From the NCBI RefSeq assembly GCF_001194135.2, contig NC_068984.1:132582256-132646255 (forward strand): DNA of 64,000 nt, in the 5' to 3' direction. The notes under the pieces are model-generated. The model was not told where the DNA came from, searched no databases, and worked only from the letters and a program-made list of their open reading frames with translations. How positions within the stretch are numbered: the first letter of the stretch is position 1; the number at the start of each line of letters is the position of its first letter. The stretch comes from Octopus bimaculoides (taxonomy: Eukaryota). The position numbers and the translations under genes are program-made. Below, piece by piece: positions 50,801-63,223 of this stretch.

Positions 50801-53747
50801 CCTTTACAATTGACCGCAAAGACGATGGAGAAGAAAGTCACCTTGTTCGGCCTGTAATATCTAGCAATCAAGATTCTTGGGGCGCTAATGTTTGTCAAGC
50901 AGACTATAGTAATAACTCCATTTCTCCTAAAGCTAAACTAAACCAGTCCTGTAATAATAACAATAATATTAATAATAATAACAACAACAATTCTGTCCAA
51001 GTTCATTCTTCAAATCAAGAGCAAATCATTACAAATCATCAGAATACAAATCCTGCTGTTTTGCCAGCAAATTTGAACACCACATGTAATTCAAGTAAAA
51101 GAGACAAGTCTTTCATCGATGCCAGTTTAAATGAACCAAAGTTAGAGGATGATGAACGCAAAATGCTGTTGCCATTTTTGTCTTCACCACATAATTTATC
51201 TCTAAAAGACCATTTCAGTGATGATTCTTTAGACGAACTTTTATTTGGGATTGACAAAATTGGATTCGTTCCACGGAAGGATGGTGATGGCAGCGACTTG
51301 AAGGATTTAAGCAATCCAGTCAAAACAGGTGCTATCAATAAGAAATGTAATTCTAAGCAGCCAACTAAGACACAAGTAAGTTTTTATATTATTTATTTAC
51401 TCTTTTACTTTTGGTTCTACAAAAAAATACACCCAGGAAAGTGGTTGGTGTTAGAAATGGCATCCAGCTGAAGAAACCATGCCAAAACTTGAGACATGTG
51501 ATTTGTCTAGGAAGGCAGTAACTCCATATAAATTCTGACTCACACTGGCAGACAGTCACAGAAATAATGATTAGGGGGATGATTTGGTAGTATTATTATA
51601 TTGATACAATTTTGGCTCAAGACCTGTGATTTTGAAGAGAGTGGTCAGTTCATTTCTTCAACCCCTTTACTCAACTGATACTTATTTCATTACCCAGAAA
51701 GAGTGAAAAGCAAAGTTGATCTTGGAGGCATTTCGACTCAGAACATAGAGGGCTGGAAGAAATGCTACTAAGCATTTTGTCTGGTGTATGAATGATTCTG
51801 CCAGCTTACCATCTGATATAATATTAATATATAAGGCAGCAAGCTGGACAAAATACTTAGGAACATTTCATCTGTCTTCATGTTCCGAGTTCAAATTCCA
51901 CCGAGGTCAACTTTTCTTTTCCTCCTTTCAGAGTCATTAAAATAAGTACTGGTCTTATATTGGGATTGATAAAATCAATTAGCCACCCGCCCCCAACAAA
52001 ATTTCAGGCCTTGTGCCTATAGTGGAAAGGATTATTATATTAATATATCAGTTAAGGTAGCAAGCTGGCAGTATCGTTAGCACGCTGGGCGAAATGCTTA
52101 GCAGTATTTTGTCTGCCACTACGTTCTGGGTTCAAATTCCGCTAAGGTCGACTTTGCCTTTCATCCTTTCAGGGTTGATGAAATAAGTACCAGTTACGTA
52201 CTGGGTCAATGTAATCGACTAATCCTCTCTCCTCAAATTTCAGTCCTTGTGCCTGTAGTAGAAAGGATATTAATATATCATCATCATCATCATCATCGTT
52301 TAACGTCCGCTTTCCATGCTAGCATGGGTTGGACGATTTGACTGAGGACTGGTGAAACCGGATGGCAACACCAGGCTCCAATCTAATTTGGCAGAGTTTC
52401 TACAGCTGGATGCCCTTCCTAACGCCAACCACTCAGAGAGTGTAGTGGGTGCTTTTACGTGTCACCCGCACGAAAATGGCCACGCTCGAAATGGTGTCTT
52501 TTATGTGCCACCCGCACAAGAGCCAGTCCAGGGGCACTGGCAACGATCTCGCTCGAAAACCCTACAAAGGCCAATCAGCATTCATTATATTAATATCACA
52601 ATATTCATGTGAAAAATCTATTGTATATTTTTATTTTAATCACTTTCTAGTAAGAGTTCTGTTATGCTAAGGTGTAATAACATTCATACGTTCATCTCTG
52701 AATTATTCCTTTCCAGACCAGTCTCCCTACCAAATCAATTCAAACTAACTTCACTACGGTAACAACTCATTCTTCTCACAACTTGCCAGTTTCCACTGCT
52801 ACTGTTACCATGGCTGATATCCCTAATCCATCAGAGGTATGCAGTCTTGCAGAGATCTCTGCTTCAGATTCCACAGCCAATCATTTAAATCCAGCAGAAA
52901 AGAAAATAGCCATAACTAGTCCAAGCCTAATTCCAAAGTATTGTAGTGATTCGTTAATTCGCCGGGGCTCGTATACCCTTGGAGAGCCATCAGTTGATTT
53001 AAGAAAATACTTAAACAATTCAATCCACAATTCCCATGAAGATAAAGATGCTGACAATAACAGCAGTTGTTCAGATTCTGACAAAATCCCTACTTATGAA
53101 GATTTTGAAACTCAACTTCTGAAGAAAAATTCTGAAAATGTCAGCCCATTACCTATCAGAGTTGAAATAGACAGCTTTAAATCAGAACAGCAATCTACAA
53201 GACAAAACGAGGTTAAAAACACAAGTAGTAATTCTATCCAACATTCTTCCCCTGTTACAAAAGAGAAAATTCCCAGAAACTCAATTTTGGAAAATATTCC
53301 ATTATCAGCAGCTTCATGCCAAAGTGAATACAGCCCATTAAATACTTCAAGAAAAAAATCTCCAATCAAGAAAAAAGAAGACAAATGCAACATGAATACT
53401 TCTGCATTAAATCATACACAAAATGGTTTGGAAACTTCAGCTTTCAAAGGTAACATTCACTTTAAGTTTTTAAAGATTTTTTGTTTGTTTTTGTTTACAA
53501 TTTGTTTACATAGGCACAGGAGTGGCTGTGTGGTAAGTAGCTTGCTTACCAACCACATGGTTCTGGGTTCAGTCCCACTGCGTGGCACCTTGGGCAAGTG
53601 TCTTCTACTATAGCCTCAGGCCGACCAANNNNNNNNNNNNNNNNNNNNNNNNNNNNNNNNNNNNNNNNNNNNNNNNNNNNNNNNNNNNNNNNNNNNNNNN
53701 NNNNNNNNNNNNNNNNNNNNNNNNNCGTCATATATATGTATGTGTGT

Positions 53748-53785
<38 letters not shown>

Positions 53786-54466
53786 CTGTGTTTGTCAACC
53801 GATGCTGGTGTGTTTACGTCCCCGTAACTTAGTGGTTTGGCAAAAAAGAGACCGATAGAATAAGTACCAGGCTTACAAAGAGTAAGTCCTGGGGTCGATT
53901 TTCTTGACTAAAAGGCGGTGCTCCAGCATGGCCGCAGTCAAATAACTGAAACAAGCAAAAGAGTAAAAGAGTAATTGCAAACCTCCTTAATTTCAATGTT
54001 TTGCTTCTAAGTTAAGCCTTTTCCTGTGCAAAGCATTTTCATAAGTTTGTCCTAATCATTCAATGCTTGCTTTCAGACTTTTTAGTTAGCCCTTGTTTTA
54101 TAGATCCTAAGTAATATAAAGCTTTCCTTTCATAAGCCTCAAGTTACTCTGGTGGTTAAAAAAAATTGGAAGTGTATATCATATATGGTGCATGGACATC
54201 AGGCAAATACATCCTGCACATCACGTGATACACAGGACAGGCAGAGTGTTAAAAACCAGGCAGTTACATCTTTATCTTCTATCTTTTACTGGTTTCAGTC
54301 TTAGACTGTGGCCATGCTCGGGCACTGCCTTGAAGAATTTTAGCCTGGTACTTATTCTGTTAGTCTCTTTATGCCGAACCGCTAAAGTTACAGGGATCTA
54401 AACATACCAACACCAGTTGTCAAATGGAGGTAAGGGATGAACAAAGGCACTAAGAAACAAACACAC

Positions 54467-54500
<34 letters not shown>

Positions 54501-54937
54501 NNNNNNNNNNNNNNNNNNNNNNNNNNNNNNNNNNNNNNNNNNNNNNNNNNNNNNNNNNNNNNNNNNNNNNNNNNNNNNNNNNNNNNNNNNNNNNNNNNNN
54601 NNNNNNNNNNNNNNNNNNNNNNNNNNNNNNNNNNNNNNNNNNNNNNNNNNNNNNNNNNNNNNNNNNNNNNNNNNNNNNNNNNNNNNNNNNNNNNNNNNNN
54701 NNNNNNNNNNNNNNNNNNNNNNNNNNNNNNNNNNNNNNNNNNNNNNNNNNNNNNNNNNNNNNNNNNNNNNNNNNNNNNNNNNNNNNNNNNNNNNNNNNNN
54801 NNNNNNNNNNNNNNNNNNNNNNNNNNNNNNNNNNNNNNNNNNNNNNNNNNNNNNNNNNNNNNNNNNNNNNNNNNNNNNNNNNNNNNNNNNNNNNNNNNNN
54901 NNNNNNNNNNNNNNNNNNNNNNNNNNNNNNNNNNNNN

Positions 54938-54970
<33 letters not shown>

Positions 54971-57091
54971 CTATATATATATATATGTATCTATATATAT
55001 GTATCAGTGCCACCGAACTGGCTCCTGTGCAGGTGGCACGTAAAATACACCATTTTGAGCATGGTTGTTGCCAGTACCGCCTGACTGGCCTTCGTCGGTA
55101 AAAGCACTCACTACACTCTCAGAGTGGTTGGCATTAGGAAGGGCATCCAGCTGTAGAAACTCTGCTAAATCAGATTGGAGCCTGGTGTAGCCAACTGGTT
55201 TCACNNNNNNNNNNATCAGATTGGAGCCTGGTGTAGCCAACTGGTTTCACCAGTCCTCAGTCAAATCGTCCAACCCATGCTAGCATGGAAAGCGGACGTT
55301 AAACAACGATGATGATGATCTATATACACATACACACACACACAACAGGCTTCTTTCAGTTTCCATCTGCCAAATCCACTTGCAACGCTTTGGTTAGCTC
55401 AAGTATATAGTAGAAGGTGTCATGCAGTAGGACTGAAACCACAACCATGTGGCTGGGAAACAAGCTTGTAGCGTACTTCTCTCTCGGACGTAGCAGATAA
55501 CAGCTAGCCTTCGGCTGCATCTTTGGTCCCTGTTGTGTCCACCACTCTGATTGGTTGGTATTGGTGCATTTTTGTCTCTTGTTCTATTTTGCGCCAGATA
55601 GATTTAGCTGCTATTGCTAGCAGTTCAATCAACTGCATATAGGCTCTATTGTTGCGTTGAGTTTCAAATATTATTTCTGTGGGGAGACACAGTAAACAAT
55701 CTAACAGCATAACTCCCTCTCTCTTTTGTGAAGTTATGCTGGATTATTTCAGAAAGATTTTGTTTTTTTTTAAATCTCTATAAAATGTGTTTTGAGAAAT
55801 GTTATATCAAGCAAAAAAAAAAAAAATTATTAAACTTGTATCATTTCAGCTTCTAACTCGCCAGGCCAGTCTGCTGTTCTTACAAGCAATGAGCTGTTTG
55901 ACTGGGAAGACATGTTTGAAGATGAGTTGAGATCATTTTTCAGTGAAAAAAGACAATCATTTATGAAGATGCAGCAACAATTTAGAGAATATGAAGAACA
56001 ATTTGAAGAGGAGTACCAGAGAACTCTTGACAGCATGAAGAAATCTCAACGTTGGCCAAAAGAATTCACACCTGACATGAATATTTTCATTCCTAAAACA
56101 GACATGACTGGCAATCCAACTGAGGAGCAAGCATTGTTGAATTACCAACACACTCCTGAATCTACCACTTCACAACGAAAATCATATAAACTTATTAAGG
56201 TATGTCTTTAATTTTAATCAATCAATAATTTTACGTGTGGAGGCACATAGCCTAGTGGTTAGAGCAGCAGACTCGTGGTCAAGGGATCACAGGTTCGAAT
56301 CTCAGTCCTGGTGATGTGTGTGTTTATGAGTGAAACACTTAAGCTTCACGCAACTCCAGCAGAAGATAATGGCAAACTTTTGTTGACTCTTTCGCCAAAC
56401 CTTCTTGCCTATATCCAAAAGGAAACCATCAAGCATATTGGTAATTACTCACAATTAAACTACAATCACAGATGTGTCACATCTCACCTCGTACATGAAG
56501 CCCCTTTTTCTACTCCTCTATTTGTCATTTCCTGTGACCCTTCACCAAACACGTTACCCAACTGTTTCACCTAAGAACTGCAACCTTTTGGGATTCCTCT
56601 CCAGTTCACATTTTTCTGCAGGCACTGACAAACAGGTGTTCCAACTGAACATCAATTATATCATCTTATGAGACCCTACAGGCACCAGGGGTTCTGACCC
56701 ACTTCCCCCAGCTAATTAATAAAATAAACTCATAATTTTGTTCTGGTTTCAAATCCTGCAGGGGTTAACTTTAGCTTTCATCTTCCTAGGTTTGATAAAG
56801 CACCTGTAGAGTATTGGGAATCACCCTGACTGAGTATACCGTTTTTCCTATGACTTCCAGGCCTTGTGCTAATATGAGAAATCATCATCATTATTATTGT
56901 GGTGGTGAGCTAGCAGAATCATTAGTACATTGGACAAACATACTTGGCAGCATTTCTTCTGACTCATTCAAATTCTGCCAAGGTTCACTTTGCCTTTCAT
57001 CCTTTTGGAGTCAATAAAATAAGTACCACTTGAGTCTGGGGGTCAATGTAATTAACTCTCTGCCCCTAAAAATTTGCTGTCCTTGTGCCAA

Positions 57092-57126
<35 letters not shown>

Positions 57127-60100
57127 CAAAAGAATGATGCATTGGTAAAGTATATTTTTGTCGCTCTGAGGTCAATAAAATAAGTATAAGTCATGTGTCA
57201 ATGTAAGAAATTACTATTAATATAATTTTTTTATGTAGACTGACCAAGATCCTGCCAGTGTAATCGGTGCTGCTATAAAGGGCTTTCTCACAAGAAGACT
57301 TTTGTCCTGTCCTAAAGTGGAAGCTTTGAGAAAAACTATATATGTGAGTGAAATTTCTGACTTACTTCACTGAAGTATCCTTCCTACATCTAACTACAGT
57401 ATGTTACTTTGTGTGAGATGTTAGTCATTGCATTGTGAGATGAACATTTCGTGATCAATGGTATCCATCAATGAATGATGGATCAGCAGTATCCGATCAT
57501 CAATGAATAAAGCTGACACTGGAGCTCAACACAGCCTTGCAGCTTGCCAGATCCTGTCAAACCATCCAACCTGTGTCAGTATGGAATATAGATATTACAA
57601 GATGGTGGTGGTGGTGGTGGTGAAGGTGGATTGGTCTATTTGAAAATTAGTTGCTTTGGCTACAGGTACAATGTAATGCTGATCACCACTTGGCTAATTA
57701 TCCAGTACTAGCAACACCACCAATCCTTGTATAAACACTCAGACATATAAACAGTACAGTAGTATATGTATGTGTGTGTGTGTGTGTGTATATCTATATA
57801 TATATATATATATATACATACACACACACACACACACACACACATGTTGTGTTGAGTGTTTTTATCACAAACAGATGTCGCATCATTATTGATTTTCTGT
57901 CTTTGTTTAGGAATGTTTAAAGCTACTCAGTGAAACCAACGACTCTTCCAATTTGGATTTGATAACAAGATTAAATAACCAAGTAAGTTCATTCTTTCTT
58001 TTTTTCTTCTCATCTCTTTTTACTACTATTGTTGCTTTTTCTGCTCCTCTTCTTCCTCCTCCCCTCCCCTTTTCACAACTACTACTTCTAGTTTTTTTTC
58101 CCCCCCTCCTGCCATTGTTTGTTTTCTTTGACTCTGTCCTCTTCCTTCTTCTAAAACTACTACTTTTTTTGTCCTTGTCTATGACTCCAAGGCAATGAGA
58201 CAGTACAATATGGTTGTTCAATCTGCTGGAAATGGCTGTCGAAACTCCCTCTAATCACACCATCGAAGCTATATTGGACAATGTTGTCCAAGGCACATGA
58301 AAAGATGGGATGGTCATGGCTAATAAAGCTTTGGTCATAGGTCTGCTTGATCAAGCTGACTTGCAACTAAACATCAAGAACAGTCATATTACTTAGATGG
58401 AAATAGGGAATGAGGTAAAATTGTAGATAGGCACAGGAGTGGCTGTGTGGTAAGTAGCTTGCTTACCAACCACATGGTTCTGGGTTCAGTCCCACTGCGT
58501 GGCATCTTGGGCAAGTGTCTTCTACTATAACCTCGGGCCGACCAAAGCCTTGTGAGTGGATTTGGTAGACAGAAACTGAAAGAAGCCCATCGTATATATG
58601 TATGTGTGTGTGTATATGTTTGTGTGTCTGTTTGTCCCCTCAACATCACTTGACAACCGATGCTGGTGTATTTATGTCCCCGTAACTTAGCGGCTCAACA
58701 AAAAAGACCGATAGAATAAGTACAAGGCTTCCAAAGAATAAGTCCTGGCGTCGATTTGCTCAACTAAAGGCGGTACTCCAGCATGGCCGCAGTCAAATGA
58801 CTGAAACAAGTAAAAGATAAAAAAAAGATAAAAAGATTAAGAATAAGGTAAAACTGAATTAAGGAAAAGAGTTGAATTGTGGATTAGAAATTATGTAAAA
58901 TTGTGAAAGAAAGATGATGAAAAACTTAATTAACTCTTTCATAAGTGCCATGTTACTCTGGTGGTTGACAAAAAGATTAGGAATGTGTACAGACACCAAG
59001 GAAATATGTCTTGTGTACCATATAGACTAAAAACTGGATGAGAGATAGGATAAAATAGTTATATTTCATTCACTGTGACATTTAGTTTGGAACATATCTC
59101 AAGCAGAAAGTCATCATCATTTAACATCCATTTTCCATGCTGGCATGGGTTTGACGGTTTGACAGGAACTGACCAGCTGAAGAGCTGCCCAGGCTCCAGC
59201 TGGTCAGTTCCTATCAAACCGTCCAACCCATGCCAGCACCACTTTAAATAAACATCATCCAGTAGTAGAAAATCTGCTTCAGTGGATTATGTCTGACCCA
59301 TGCAAGCATGGAAAAGTTGACGTTAAAACGATGATGTAATGTTTGTAGCAGTTTGAATTCTAGCTGGTTTTATATAGGTGTTGTGTGTGTTTTGTTATTT
59401 TCCATTCAATTCAAATATCAAAGTCTTATCTATTTTCTATCTTAGCTGGATGCTGCACGTCTAGATATACATGACATTTTCTTTGAGATGACTACTCAAG
59501 AGAGAATGAACATCATTCACCAATCTCGGATACTTGCAGCGAGGAAACTACAGGTAAAAGTAATCACCACAAAAGTGGTTTAATTAATTCAATTGTTTTG
59601 CATTTTAATGATTTGGCAAATGTCAGCGAGATTTATTTGTGTCTTGACTTAACACTTCACCATTTAAACCAGTTACATCCAGCACAAATATTCTACTTAT
59701 TTTATGTTCAAACTGGCTAGATCCAGCCTCTTACACCTACCCTACAATGTCATTCTAAAAATAAACATTCGTGTCATTGAAATCTCAAAGCTACAAAATG
59801 ATGCATGATTAATTCTAAACAATGTGTATAACCAGGCATTACATTGACAGTTGTTGGCACTCCGTCGCTTACGACATCGAGGGTTCCAGTTGATCCGATC
59901 AACAGAACAGCCTGCTCGTGAAATTAACGTGCAAGTGGCTGAGCACTCCATAGACTCGTGTACCCTTAACGTAGTTCTCGGGAGATATTCAGCGTGACAC
60001 AGTGTGACAAGGCTGACCCTTTGAATTACAGGCACAACAGAAACAGGAAGTAAGAGTGAGAGAAAGTTGTGGTGAAAGAGTACAGCAGGGTTCGCCACCA

Positions 60101-60640
60101 TCCCCTGCCGGAGCCTCATGGAGCTTTAGGTGTTTTCGCTCAATAAACACTCACAACGCTCGGTCTAGGAATCGAAACCGTGAGTCTGCTGCCCTAACCA
60201 CTGGGCCATTGCACCTCCACACATTTGACAGTAATCTGAAGCTAAAAGGTTAAACTCTTTTTGATATCAGTCCTACAATATTTTTTTTTCCCCATTAGTT
60301 TGATCTGCTGGAAGGGGTTTTGCTCATCCTCACCCCACAGTTCATATGTCACATGACCTGCCCAACTGATACATGTGATCTCTCATTGAGACCTTTCTTA
60401 TTTATGCTGCAATTGTAACATATTTATATAGCCTGTTGAAGAGAAATACATGCATACACACACACATACACACTTTTATTCAAATTGACCTCCAGACTTA
60501 TTTTTTAAAGCCTAGTACTTATTCTATCAGTCTCCTTTGCCTAACTGGTAAGTTAGGGGACATAAACGCACTAGTACCAGTTGTCAAATGGTGATATGGG
60601 AACGAGTACACACACACACACACACACACACAGATATAGA

Positions 60641-60684
<44 letters not shown>

Positions 60685-62473
60685 TACACATACACACACT
60701 CACACACACATGGGCTTCTTTCAGTTTCTGTCTACCTAATACACTCACAAGGCTTTGGTTAGCCTGAGGCTATAGTAGAAGACACTTGCCCAAGGTGACA
60801 CACAGTGGAACTGAACCTAGAACCATATGGTTGGGAAGTAAGTTTCTTATCATACAGCCATACCTACACCTATATAAAAATAGCAGATCAGCCAGTGTCT
60901 GCTTTGAGAAAAGTTAGTAATAGTTCAGTTATGGATAGGCAAACACCAGTATCAGGTAGAAAGAAAATCCATAATGTTGATGTGACTGAGACAAGTAGAT
61001 CAATGGTGTCACGAGTGAAAAAACTTGGAATTGATAGAAAAGATGTGCATAGGTTATTTCATTGTCCTAATTAATAACGAAATTATATTAAAGCTATGGA
61101 AAATAAGGGTATCAGCTAATATGACAGTCTAAAAGAAATATCACTTGATTGTTGTACATTCACTTGTCTAATTAAATCTTTATATTTTTTTCATATTTTA
61201 AAGGCCAGACCACAACAAATATCTTCAGCAACTCAAAAGTATTTGATGCGGAAAAACCAAATGTATCCTTTTTTTATTCTGCTGTTGTTTAAACTCCACC
61301 AGGTCAGCTTCAATCCCACAGACTGAAGAATACAGGCATTCCAGCTGTGACCATTTTAACTTTATCTTTAGACATAGCTTCATTTTTCTAACAAGTTTTA
61401 TAAGATAGTAGATTTGGCTGCTATTACTAAGATTTTAAGCAATCATCCAAAATATAGCTCCTTGGTAATACTGTGCCTCTACAGCCTATCTAAGTAAGCT
61501 ACACTTCCACATGATACCTATTTACAGGTACTGAGAATTAAGTGAATTAAGCCATTGTTGATTGTTATCCTGTGTTCTAATGTAATTATAATATTTGTGT
61601 AGTTCAATGGAGCTATATCTAAAAATTCAACCAAATAGACCTTCCATTTTCTAAAAAACATCGCTTATGAAATAAGTCCGGTGGTACTTGCAACAGCCAC
61701 ACTCAAATGGTGTTTTTTACATGCCACCTGCACAGGAGTCGGTCCAATGTTTTGTTCACATGCCACCGGCACAAATGCCAGTAAGGCGAAGCTGGAAACG
61801 ATCGTGCTCAAACGGTGCTTTTACGAGTTTAAATCTGTGAATTTCTACACTTCTAAAACTATTACCTTAATGCAAACTCAGAAACCAGAGTCAAAGTGTC
61901 TCATCATCTTTATCTGACAAACCAAATACCAGGAACAATTCCAACCTTCATCCAATTCCTTCTCCAGTCCAACCAACAAGGTAAGTATTGTCTGGGTGGC
62001 TAACATACCTCATATATGTTTGTCCTTGTAGATAAGATTATATTATCAGCAATGTTAAAGACTACCGAGCCTCAATAGTTAATTTACTCTATCAGTTTCT
62101 GGATTTACACATAATTCTTGCTTGTATTGATTTGTGACTCAGTCCCATTCCTGTTTCCTTTTTTTGTTTTTGACATTCATGGGTCTGTTAACAAAGAAAC
62201 TTTAAACATGCTAGCAAGGAAAGAAAAGCAAACAATATTGATAATTCAGATATAAAAAGCAAAAAGGTTAGATGTGTGTAAATATTGACAGATAATTACG
62301 AAATTTGTAATTTTTAAGTGATCTCATGAGATCACTGGTAGGTAATGGATTAAACAAATAAACCCCAGGACTTATTTTTTAAGCCCCTTTTGCCAAACCA
62401 CTAAGTTACAGGGACATAAATACACCAACACCAGTTGTCAAGCAGTGGTGAAGGGACAAACGTAGACACAGAC

Positions 62474-62508
<35 letters not shown>

Positions 62509-63187
62509 CTCTGACTGGTTGGCGTTAGGAAGGACATCCAGCTGTAGAAACTCTGCCAAATTTAGATTGGAGCCTGGTGTTGCCGTCCGGTTTCACCAGT
62601 CCTCAGTCAAANNNNNNNNNNTGTTGCCGTCCGGTTTCACCAGTCCTCAGTCAAATCATCCAACCCATGCTAGCATGGAAAGCGGACGTTAAACGATGAT
62701 GATGATGATGTTATATACATATACACAACAGGTGTCTTTCAGTTTCTTTCTACCAAATCCACTCACAATGCTTTGGTTGACCCAAGGCTATAATAGAAGA
62801 CATTTTCCCCAAGGTACCACGCTGTGGGACTGGACTCGGAATCATGTGGTTGGGAAGCAAGCTTCTTGCCACACAGCCACTCCTGCAGTTACGAAATTAT
62901 TTCAGTTTATTTCTAATATTTACTTTAAAATTAAATCAGTTGGTGAGATTATGGTTGAAAATGCAGTTCTGAATGTACTTTGTTGTTTCATGTTAAGTCT
63001 TAACATCATCATCATTTAACATGCACTTTTCCATGCCTGCATGGATCACATGGAATTTGCTGAGGCAGATTTTCTACAGCTGAATGCCCTTTCTGTTGTA
63101 AAATACCTGTGGAAAACTTCTATACTGTTTGAGAAATTACTGATAATATGGTAAGTATTACATCCTAGAATTAAAAAATATATATTG

Positions 63188-63223
<36 letters not shown>

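Noticed and set aside
55169-55250. 36-bp direct repeat around a 10-N gap (also 62578-62655, 34 bp)
   Set aside because: Identical sequence on both sides of a fixed 10-N gap indicates overlapping contig ends, an assembly artefact
60805-61074. 89-aa ORF inside CCP110 intron 9 as a possible alternative exon
   Set aside because: Starts in a SINE, lacks a convincing in-phase acceptor/donor pair, and ORFs of this length are expected by chance
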